From contig DASTXL010000001.1 in NCBI GenBank assembly GCA_035758565.1, positions 396,981 through 460,980 of the forward strand: a stretch of DNA of 64,000 nt, in the 5' to 3' direction. The translations under genes and the position numbers were made by a program. The notes beneath the pieces were generated by a model, which saw only the letters and a list, made by a program, of their open reading frames with translations, was not told where the DNA came from and searched no databases. Position 1 is the stretch's first letter. Each line of letters starts with the position of its first letter. Below are positions 10,099 through 17,708 of this stretch, one piece after another. The stretch is from Candidatus Saccharimonadales bacterium. Its GTDB lineage: Bacteria; Patescibacteriota; Saccharimonadia; Saccharimonadales; UBA10212.

Positions 10099-10590
10099 AT
10101 GCTGGCTACCTTCATTTCGTTCCACCCGTTCTGGTTCGGGGTCGCGAACGCGCTGATCATCATCGGACTCACCGTCCTGACGGTTATCGTCGCCGCCATC
10201 GCGTTCTTCTCGGTGGGATCGAAGAACGGCCCCACACCGTTCGTGCTGTTCGCGCTGTTCTTCGCCGCCATCACGGTCTTCCTCCCGTACTTCCGAACGA
10301 AGACTCGCGAGCACACCCATCTTGCCAGCCGGCAGATGACCGCCGCCTACGGCGGCAAGGTGCTCAAGGTGCACGTCAACGACCACAACGCGATCATGCA
10401 GCTTCCGGGCTGCAAGACGCCGTTCGTCCACGAGATGCGGCAGTTCAAGAACTACCACTACCGTGGCGGCGTGGTGAACGGCTACCGCTATGCGGCCGAC
10501 TACCAGATCACCACCAAGAACGGTGACGCTGTCACCGAGCACCATCCGCTGAGCAAGCAGCTGGTGCTTCAGCTCTGCAAGACGGCGTAA
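10099..10590 (+). CDS. hypothetical membrane protein, 2 TM plus soluble C-terminal domain (high-GC cassette B)
   Basis: ATG after GAAAGGAA; 35 of the first 40 codons end in G/C (counted). Confidence 0.8.
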   Translation: MLATFISFHPFWFGVANALIIIGLTVLTVIVAAIAFFSVGSKNGPTPFVLFALFFAAITVFLPYFRTKTREHTHLASRQMTAAYGGKVLKVHVNDHNAIMQLPGCKTPFVHEMRQFKNYHYRGGVVNGYRYAADYQITTKNGDAVTEHHPLSKQLVLQLCKTA

Positions 10591-10607
10591 GGAAGAACCA
10601 AAGAGGC

Positions 10608-10680
10608 GCCGGTGAGCGTGCTCGCGAGGCAACTCGCGCCGCTCACCGGCAAGCGGCTTTCAGTCGAAGGCCGCTTTTTT
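10608..10680 (+). terminator. long GCAA-capped hairpin plus intrinsic terminator after cassette B
   Basis: GCCGGTGAGCG/CGCTCACCGGC with inner CGCGAG-GCAA-CTCGCG, then AAGCGGCTTTC/GAAGGCCGCTT and a T-run. Confidence 0.8.
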
Positions 10681-10732
10681 AGTACCAAATCAAAATAGGC
10701 CCCCATTAAGGACTTATTTTGTTCAGAAACTT

Positions 10733-11335
10733 TTATTCGTTGACTTCGCCAAGTTGCATGCGAGCAAAGCGCCGAACAACAATGTTCTCGCCCAGCTTGG
10801 CAATGCCCTCTTTAACATAATCGCCAACTGTCTGGTCGGGGTTTTTGATAAAGGGTTGTTCCAGCAAGCAGCGCTCAGCAAAATGTTTCTTAAGCATACC
10901 TTCTACGATTTGCCCTACCATATTCTCTGGCTTGCCCTCACCCTTAACTTTCTCCGTAAACTCGGCTTCGACGGCAGCCTTAACATCGGCTGGGACATCA
11001 TCAACACTAACGAATTCCGGTGCACTAGCGGCAATATGCATAGCCACGTCTTTTACCAAATTGGTGAAGTTTTCGTTACGGGCTACAAAATCAGTCTCGC
11101 AGTTAACCTCCAAGAGGACGCCTATGCGGTTATCGTGGCTGTAGGTGCCGATAACTCCGGCACGGGCTTCACGCTCACCTCGTTTTTCGGCCTTGGTTAA
11201 GCCCTTTTTGCGCATGGCTGCCAAAGCTTTGTCGAAATCGCCATTGGATTCGACCAAAGCCTGCTTGGCGTCGGTAATGCCGACCCCTGTCAGTTCGCGT
11301 AAACGCTTGATCTCATCAATGCTGATGTCAGCCAT
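10733..11335 (-). CDS. tsf: elongation factor Ts (short form)
   Basis: LRELTG.G..DAK.AL, EVNCETDFVA, LLEQPFIK. Confidence 0.97.
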   Translation of the reverse strand: MADISIDEIKRLRELTGVGITDAKQALVESNGDFDKALAAMRKKGLTKAEKRGEREARAGVIGTYSHDNRIGVLLEVNCETDFVARNENFTNLVKDVAMHIAASAPEFVSVDDVPADVKAAVEAEFTEKVKGEGKPENMVGQIVEGMLKKHFAERCLLEQPFIKNPDQTVGDYVKEGIAKLGENIVVRRFARMQLGEVNE

Positions 11336-12087
11336 TATTCTTTGCCCTCCTCTTTTGATTCAACTTTTTGCTCGGTTTTGTCGGTAGGATTCTTAGCCTT
11401 ATTTTTGCCTGATTCAATAGCGGTCTGGACGTAGTCTAGGATCAGGTTGATGGTCTTAGTAGCGTCGTCGTTGCATGGAATCGGATAGTCAATAAGCGTT
11501 GGGTCGGCATTAGTATCAACCAAGGCGACAACTGGAACGTGCAGTTTACGGGCTTCACGAACAGCATTGATATCGTTTATTACGTCCACCACAAAAACAG
11601 CACCCGGTTTGGCTGCCAATTCCTTGATGCCACCGTACAAACGGTTCATTTCGTCTATTTCTTCAGCGAAGCGCTGGACTTCCAGCTTGTTGTAGCGGCT
11701 TTCCAGCTCGCCGCTAATCATGCGGCTCTCTAGGTCTTTGAGCTGCTTGATGCGAGCGCCGATGGTGGCTTGGTTGGTTAACATGCCACCGAGCCAGCGC
11801 TCAGTCACGAACGGCATACCGGTTGCAGCGGCAACTTCGCGAATCTTATCTTTGGCCTGACGCTTAGTGCTAACCAACAAAACTTGCTTGCCGGCGGCTG
11901 AAGTGTCGGTCAAAAAAGCCAGAGCTTTGTCTAGAGCCTCTACGGTTTTAGTTAAGTCAATGATATGGTTGCCCTCTCGCTTAGAGTGAATGTAGGGCGC
12001 CATTTTTGGATGCCAACGGCTGGTCTGGTGGCCAAAGTGCGCGCCAGCCTCGAGCAATTTTTTAATATCTACGTCTGTCGTAGCCAT
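11335..12087 (-). CDS. rpsB: 30S ribosomal protein S2
   Basis: LLEAGAHFGH, RWLGGMLTN, DTNADP, IPCNDD. Confidence 0.98.
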   Translation of the reverse strand: MATTDVDIKKLLEAGAHFGHQTSRWHPKMAPYIHSKREGNHIIDLTKTVEALDKALAFLTDTSAAGKQVLLVSTKRQAKDKIREVAAATGMPFVTERWLGGMLTNQATIGARIKQLKDLESRMISGELESRYNKLEVQRFAEEIDEMNRLYGGIKELAAKPGAVFVVDVINDINAVREARKLHVPVVALVDTNADPTLIDYPIPCNDDATKTINLILDYVQTAIESGKNKAKNPTDKTEQKVESKEEGKE

Positions 12088-12223
12088 TTACTTCGAAATC
12101 CTTTCTCACCGTAAGGTCGCTTGCCATCACGGTCCTATCAAGGTGCCGGTCAGGAGGATTATTTGCAACCCACTGTTTAATTAATACTTAGGTTATTCTA
12201 CCTCTGTTACCTTTTTTTTGCAA
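12088..12223 (-). promoter_or_regulatory. rpsB promoter and structured leader (possible S2 autogenous operator)
   Basis: TTGCAA-17-TAGAAT (12223-12195). The leader can pair ATCCT..ACCG with CGGT..AGGAT, covering the SD. Confidence 0.5.
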
Positions 12224-12237
12224 CACCTTAAATTCCC

Positions 12238-12266
12238 TTGAAAGATATATATAATTATGGTAAAAT
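12238..12266 (+). promoter_or_regulatory. sigma70-type promoter of cassette C
   Basis: TTGAAA-17-TAAAAT with TG extension; back-to-back with the rpsB promoter. Confidence 0.65.
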
Positions 12267-12341
12267 ATTGCAGTCACTTAACAGAGGTGGCGCTGGCCTG
12301 GCAGCACCAAACCACGGCAGAACCTTGCGAAAGGAAGACGC

Positions 12342-12692
12342 ATGACTTCCTCGCCCATTCAGGTAAGCATCTACCACCACCTCGCCGCAGAAGATCAGAC
12401 GGCCGTAGCAGACGAGCTGATTCGTCTCTTCAGCTACAAGCCTCCGATCGGTCTCGGTCGGCCCGAAGGCGACGAGTTCAGCATCAACTTCGTCGAGCGG
12501 GAACATCCCCTGAACACCACCATCCGGGTGGTTCTGCCGGCGGAGATCTTCAACCAGCTCGTGCCTGGCAAGAAGCCCGACGAGGTCCTGCGCCATTCGC
12601 TGAACGTCCGCTTCCACCGCGACGACTTCTACGTCATCGTCACAGGGGTCAACCTGGACGAAGAGGAGGAAGAAGCAGAGGAGTGGGAATGA
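12342..12692 (+). CDS. hypothetical acidic protein (high-GC cassette C, gene 1)
   Basis: ATG after GAAAGGAAG; high GC3; poly-Glu tail. Confidence 0.8.
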   Translation: MTSSPIQVSIYHHLAAEDQTAVADELIRLFSYKPPIGLGRPEGDEFSINFVEREHPLNTTIRVVLPAEIFNQLVPGKKPDEVLRHSLNVRFHRDDFYVIVTGVNLDEEEEEAEEWE

Positions 12693-13006
12693 GCCTCGAA
12701 CCAATCGAAGTCCAGCACTCCGAAGACCTGGACCCCAACGAGCAGGCGGCGATCGAAAGCGCGGTGCGAGAACTGTTCGCCGAACAGTTTGGCGATCAGC
12801 TCGGCATCGAGCCGGATGACGTAGAGGTCAGGTTCAGCCTCGCCAATATTGGGCCGAAGCAGCTCAGGATCTACGCGATTCTGCCCGCCAACCTCGACCT
12901 CGGCATTGGCGAAGTGATGTACGGCGAGAGCCTCAATACCATCTACATGGAGCTAGTCAAACGATTCCCTGGCCGGGTGGTCATCATGAGCGCCGAGAGC
13001 GGCTAG
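12689..13006 (+). CDS. hypothetical acidic protein, apparent paralogue of the upstream gene (cassette C, gene 2)
   Basis: ATGA overlap, SD GAGGAG; MSLEPIEVQHSEDL... (105 aa). The 12257 start in the track is a likely spurious extension. Confidence 0.8.
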   Translation: MSLEPIEVQHSEDLDPNEQAAIESAVRELFAEQFGDQLGIEPDDVEVRFSLANIGPKQLRIYAILPANLDLGIGEVMYGESLNTIYMELVKRFPGRVVIMSAESG

Positions 13007-13016
13007 TTCGCAAGGA

Positions 13017-13105
13017 GGAGCAGAAGAAACATCGAACTTTGGGGGTTTCTTCTGCTCCGCAGCGCTAAGGGCGCGCCTATTTAGATTTTATATAGAGCGG
13101 CGCCC
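13017..13105 (+). terminator. tandem stem-loops after cassette C
   Basis: GGAGCAGAAGAAAC/GTTTCTTCTGCTCC (13017-13058), then imperfect GGGCGC.../...GCGCCC (13069-13105). Confidence 0.6.
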
Positions 13106-13129
13106 GGCGCCTCAAACCCATATATTATG

Positions 13130-13158
13130 TTGACCGACAGAGGTGAATAAGATATACT
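13130..13158 (+). promoter_or_regulatory. promoter of rpmE2 (near-leaderless)
   Basis: TTGACC-17-TATACT, 10 nt before the ATG. Confidence 0.75.
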
Positions 13159-13168
13159 AACTTAGCTT

Positions 13169-13525
13169 ATGAAAAAGAGTTTACACCCAACTGACTATCG
13201 ACCGGTTGTCTTTCAAGACTTGAACGACAACTCTACTATTGTTGTCCGCTCTACCGCTCCGGCCGAAGAAACTATTACATTAGAAGGCGTTGAATATCCG
13301 CTTATCAAGATTCATATTTCTAGCTCTAGCCATCCTTTCTTTACCGGCGAAGAGCGCATCGTCGACGTAGAAGGCCGGGTTGATAAATTCAAGGCTCGCC
13401 AGGCTGCCGCTGCCAAGGCCCGCGAAGCCCGCGCTGCTGCCAAACCAAAAACCACCAAAAAGGCCAAATCCGAAGCCCAGAAGCTAGGCGCTACCCAAAC
13501 TACCAAACCAGCCGCCCAAGAATAA
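13169..13525 (+). CDS. rpmE2: 50S ribosomal protein L31 type B with Ala/Lys-rich tail
   Basis: [32 protein letters not shown]; no Zn cysteines. Confidence 0.93.
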   Translation: MKKSLHPTDYRPVVFQDLNDNSTIVVRSTAPAEETITLEGVEYPLIKIHISSSSHPFFTGEERIVDVEGRVDKFKARQAAAAKAREARAAAKPKTTKKAKSEAQKLGATQTTKPAAQE

Positions 13526-13537
13526 CTAAGCATTAAT

Positions 13538-13572
13538 AAAACTCCCTGGCTCTGATTATCCGGGGAGTTTTT
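13538..13572 (+). terminator. intrinsic terminator
   Basis: AAAACTCCC...GGGAGTTTTT. Confidence 0.75.
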
Positions 13573-13588
13573 ATATACTGGAGAAGTA

Positions 13589-14635
13589 ATGCAAGAAGAA
13601 CCTCTACGAACTGAATACAAGGAACTGCAAGAACGTTTGCAGGATCCTTCTATTTATTCCAGTAAAGATTATCCTCGGCTAGCCAAACGCCAGGCTGAAT
13701 TGGAGGAGTTGCTTTCGCAATATGATAAAGTTTTTGAACTTGAACAGCAGCTAGGGTTCACTGAGGAGTTGCTTAGCGAACCTGATTTAAAAGAAGATGC
13801 CCAGCGGGAAATAATTGATTTGAATATGAAGCTAAGCGAAGCCAAGCAACATCTTTTAGAACTACTTACACCCAAAGACCCTAACGACGAACGCGACTGC
13901 ATCATAGAAATCCGGGCCGCCGCTGGCGGTGATGAATCCAGTTTGTTCGCTGGTGAACTGTACCGTATGTACATCCGCTGGTGCGAAGTCCACGGGTTTA
14001 AAACAGAGCTTGTTAGCGAAAGTCCTAGCGAAGCCGGCGGATTTAAAGAAATATCTTTTGAAGTTCACGGCGCTGATGCTTACCGCAACCTCAAGTTTGA
14101 AGCCGGCGTTCACCGCGTGCAACGCGTACCGGTTACCGAAAGTCAGGGGCGAATACATACCAGCACCGTAACCGTAGCCGTGTTACCGGAGGCCGAAGAA
14201 ACCGATATAGAGATCAAGCCGGAAGACGTTCGTGTGGATGTTTTTCGAGCCAGCGGTCATGGTGGGCAGTCCGTCAATACTACAGACAGTGCCGTACGTA
14301 TCACTCACCTGCCCACCGGTATCGTAGTTAGCCAACAAGATGAGAAAAGTCAGATTAAAAATCGCGAAAAAGGTATGAAAATTCTACGTTCTCGTTTGCT
14401 GCAAATGAAAATCGAGGAGGATCAAAAGAAGCTTTCCGATACCAGAAAGTCTTTGATCGGCAGCGGCGACCGGGCTGAAAAAATCCGCACCTACAACTTC
14501 CCGCAGGATCGCATCACCGATCATCGCATCGGCTACAGCCGCAGTAATATTCCGGGCGCCCTAAACGGCGAAATAGAAGACCTGATAGAGAATCTGCAAG
14601 CTGCCGAGCACGAGCTAATTCAAAAAGAAGGCTAA
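13589..14635 (+). CDS. prfA: peptide chain release factor 1
   Basis: PVT anticodon-mimic tripeptide, GGQ, RTYNFPQ.RITDHRI. Confidence 0.97.
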   Translation: MQEEPLRTEYKELQERLQDPSIYSSKDYPRLAKRQAELEELLSQYDKVFELEQQLGFTEELLSEPDLKEDAQREIIDLNMKLSEAKQHLLELLTPKDPNDERDCIIEIRAAAGGDESSLFAGELYRMYIRWCEVHGFKTELVSESPSEAGGFKEISFEVHGADAYRNLKFEAGVHRVQRVPVTESQGRIHTSTVTVAVLPEAEETDIEIKPEDVRVDVFRASGHGGQSVNTTDSAVRITHLPTGIVVSQQDEKSQIKNREKGMKILRSRLLQMKIEEDQKKLSDTRKSLIGSGDRAEKIRTYNFPQDRITDHRIGYSRSNIPGALNGEIEDLIENLQAAEHELIQKEG

Positions 14636-14638
14636 CCC

Positions 14639-15604
14639 GTGCCGAAATCTGTCGGTGAATTTCTGCAAGCCGCAACCGACAAATTGACAGAGGTCGGCAT
14701 TGCTTCAGCACGGCTGGATTCTTTGATTTTGATAGAGGATTTATTAGAACGCGACCGCGCTTATTTAATAGCACACCCCGAAACTGAACTTTCAACCGAA
14801 CAAGCCAATAGATTGAACAAACAAGTAGCTCGCAGAGCCCGCCATGTTCCCCTGGCCTACATCCGCGGTTTCACCGAATTCTATGGCCGGAGATTTTTGG
14901 TTAATAAATATGTGCTGGAGCCGCGTCCAGAATCCGAAACTATGATTAATCTTTTAAAAGACCTGTATAAAAGTGGGCAATTGCAGCGCTTGGATGGAGC
15001 GCAAGACGGCAGCGAGCAGCGGACTAAGCCGTATATAAAATACGGTGAAGGAGCGGCGGAGCTGACAACACAGCGATTCGCCAACAGAGCTAGCAGAGTG
15101 GCCGGCTCCGCCGGACAGCAGGCTAGCTCGGCGCTGACGATTGCCGATGTTGGAACCGGCAGTGGTGCGATTGGCATTACAGCTGCCTTAGAAATCCCAG
15201 GCGGCCAAGTTGACTTATACGATATAGATAGCAATTGCTTGGCCGTTGCCAAGCATAATTCCGTATTACACGAACTCCGTTTGCATACTCGAAAAAGAGA
15301 CTTGCTTAACAGGCCTTTGCGCCACTACGACGTAATTTTATCTAACCTGCCTTATGTTCCTAAGGATTGGCAGATAAATAAGGCGGCCATGATGGAGCCG
15401 CGAATCGCTATCTTTGGTGGCAAAGACGGTTTGGATTTATACCGGCGCATGTTTAGCCAGCTATCAAGGCAGCACCGACCGCCAAAATTTGTTCTTACCG
15501 AGGCTTTGCCGCCACAGCACGAAGAGCTCGCTAAGATTGCAAAAACTAACAACTACGCACTTCGTGCCAGCCAGGATTTTATTCAGGTATTTGCTCTAGC
15601 TTAA
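14639..15604 (+). CDS. prmC: release factor glutamine methyltransferase with ~50-aa internal insertion
   Basis: PLAYI.G..EFYG, PRPESE, DVGTGSG, NLPY; directly downstream of prfA. Confidence 0.92.
   Translation: MPKSVGEFLQAATDKLTEVGIASARLDSLILIEDLLERDRAYLIAHPETELSTEQANRLNKQVARRARHVPLAYIRGFTEFYGRRFLVNKYVLEPRPESETMINLLKDLYKSGQLQRLDGAQDGSEQRTKPYIKYGEGAAELTTQRFANRASRVAGSAGQQASSALTIADVGTGSGAIGITAALEIPGGQVDLYDIDSNCLAVAKHNSVLHELRLHTRKRDLLNRPLRHYDVILSNLPYVPKDWQINKAAMMEPRIAIFGGKDGLDLYRRMFSQLSRQHRPPKFVLTEALPPQHEELAKIAKTNNYALRASQDFIQVFALA
14976..15145. repeat. palindromic/MITE-like element inserted in frame in prmC
   Basis: Imperfect terminal inverted repeats GGCAAT..CAGCGC / GCGCTG..ATTGCC; inner hairpins CCGTAT/ATACGG and GAGCTAGC/GCTAGCTC; coincides with the extra peptide. 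Confidence 0.6.
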
Positions 15605-16878
15605 TTTGTTGAAGCAGAACCCAAAATCACATGTTTGGTGATTGTTTTGTCGCCTCGAACGATGGTCAAAGTAAGCTTATCGCCCACCTTAAATCGGCTA
15701 ATAGCGGCCGATAAACTGGTGTCTTGGTCGATATTTACATTGTTAATTTTAGTAATCACGTCTTTCTCGCGAATGCCGGCCTTATCTGCCGGGCTGCCGG
15801 ACACCACAGCTGGTTCATCATTGCCACTGATGACGTAGGCACCGCGCTTAACACTCAGGTTAAATTCGTAAGCAATGTCGTCCGTTAGCGAAATGTATCG
15901 CACGCCCAAATAAGGCTGCTGGAGCTGGCCATTGTTTAGCACACTATCGATCATTCCCTTAAGATCGTTGATTGGCTGAGCAAATCCAATATTCTGACCC
16001 GAGCTCGCCGTAGCCGTATTAATCCCAATCACTTCGCCGTTTATGTTGACTAGCGGTCCACCAGAGTTACCTTCATTGATAGCTGCGTCCGTTTGGAACA
16101 AGTCGGTTAAAGTTTCGTCGCCTTGGGCGCCGGACTCGTCGCCGGCAGTTACGTCGCGGCCATAGCCAGAGATAATTCCACTGGTGACCGTGTTTTGAAA
16201 CTGGCCTAGTGCGTTACCGATAGCAATTACTCTATCGCCAACTTGAACTTTAGATGAATCGCCAAGCGTCACGGGTGTTAAAGTCTTGCCTTTCAGATCG
16301 TTGATTTTTAGGAAGGCGATGTCTTCCGGACTTGACGCGTTAGAGCGTCCAATTACTTGCACGTTGTCGTAGCGGGTGCCGTCGGCTAAGGTTACGCTAA
16401 CGCTTGTCGTACCGTCTGGCACCACGTGGCGGTTGGTCACAATAATGCCACTAGAGCTAATAATAAAACCTGTTCCTGCGCTTTCCTGGGAAGTCGGCTC
16501 GCTAAATCCAAAGAAATCCGTGCTCGTACTTTGACTTTGAACATCAACGCTCACCACACTTTGGCCCACGTTTTTAGCAATTTCGCTAATTAGTGAACTT
16601 TCGTCAGAAATATACTGCTGTTTTTGTTCGGTCGTGCCCAGACCAGAGTGATTATGATCATAAATATCGCTACCAACGAATCCTCCGCCCAATCCCAAAA
16701 GAAAAACTACGACCAAAATCACCGGAACTACCGCCTTTTTTGGATAACGAACACCTTTAATTTTGGCTGCGTGAGAGTTGACGCGCTCCGACGCCCGACG
16801 CAGTGATACTAACTTGTCCGACCTAGTCGAGAACGTCGCCGGCAACGTTTTTCCTTTAGTTTTTTCCTCTGGCTGCAT
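15601..16878 (-). CDS. htrA: HtrA/DegP-type serine protease with one PDZ domain
   Basis: N-terminal TM, TNRHV, DIA, QTDAAINEGNSGGPL, C-terminal PDZ. Confidence 0.93.
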   Translation of the reverse strand: MQPEEKTKGKTLPATFSTRSDKLVSLRRASERVNSHAAKIKGVRYPKKAVVPVILVVVFLLGLGGGFVGSDIYDHNHSGLGTTEQKQQYISDESSLISEIAKNVGQSVVSVDVQSQSTSTDFFGFSEPTSQESAGTGFIISSSGIIVTNRHVVPDGTTSVSVTLADGTRYDNVQVIGRSNASSPEDIAFLKINDLKGKTLTPVTLGDSSKVQVGDRVIAIGNALGQFQNTVTSGIISGYGRDVTAGDESGAQGDETLTDLFQTDAAINEGNSGGPLVNINGEVIGINTATASSGQNIGFAQPINDLKGMIDSVLNNGQLQQPYLGVRYISLTDDIAYEFNLSVKRGAYVISGNDEPAVVSGSPADKAGIREKDVITKINNVNIDQDTSLSAAISRFKVGDKLTLTIVRGDKTITKHVILGSASTN

Positions 16879-16958
16879 TTATTATTCCTCTTACTCTTAT
16901 TTTAGCAGTCAGCCTGAATCAAAGCTGAAAAAATCTACTAAGATTTCGAAAGGGATTG

Positions 16959-17708
16959 CTATACCGTCGCGCCTGTCCAATCGGACAGGACAAGTACTAT
17001 TAAAAGAATTGCGAACATTATACCTAGCAACTGGCGCTCCAAAACTTTATTCAAACGACCATTAGCATCTATGTAATAAAGAGCTGCCAGGCCATAGCCA
17101 ATGGTAGTCATAATAATGATGATTTGGGCTATTGAGCCATAGAACAGTAACCAGTGTCCTAAAATAAATGCTACGCAGGCTCCAAAATAGCCCCAAATAT
17201 GGGCCAGCAGAGCTGAATATGGCTCTTCAAAGCTAGTCAAATAATGCCGAGCGGCCAGGTAGGTTACTGCCCAGGTGGCCAAAATTAGCCATATCAATGA
17301 CGCGTCGCCAAACTTTAAGTAAAGAACGGTCAGGCCTAAAAGCTGCCCTATCATGGCCTGCGCCGAAACACTTAAAACATCGTAGCGAGGCTTAAGATAA
17401 ACCAGCCAACCAGCGTATAGCACCACCCAAAGCAGCTGCCACCATGTGACGCTGGTGCTAGCCATAAACAGAATAAACGAAACGCTGACGATAATGTCCA
17501 CTCCGTTAGCCACGATGTTGGCAAGCCAATAACGCGGCCGGACCGCAAACATTCTCCACTTGGCCAAGACAACCAACAGGATTGCTAGTGGTACAAATTC
17601 AATCTTGACCAGTATGTAGGCCAAAACCGGCAGTAAGCCATTTAGAGCAATATGAAGAACGTGAGAAAATCCGCGCGTCGGCTTAATTTTGGCTGGAAGT
17701 TGCAGCAT
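16959..17708 (-). CDS. hypothetical multi-pass membrane protein
   Basis: About 8 hydrophobic helices; overlaps the LCP stop. Confidence 0.8.
   Translation of the reverse strand: MLQLPAKIKPTRGFSHVLHIALNGLLPVLAYILVKIEFVPLAILLVVLAKWRMFAVRPRYWLANIVANGVDIIVSVSFILFMASTSVTWWQLLWVVLYAGWLVYLKPRYDVLSVSAQAMIGQLLGLTVLYLKFGDASLIWLILATWAVTYLAARHYLTSFEEPYSALLAHIWGYFGACVAFILGHWLLFYGSIAQIIIIMTTIGYGLAALYYIDANGRLNKVLERQLLGIMFAILLIVLVLSDWTGATV

Noticed and set aside
12257-12688. N-terminal extension of the 249-aa ORF
   Set aside because: Overlaps the promoter and gene 12342-12692 in another frame; real start is likely ATG 12689.
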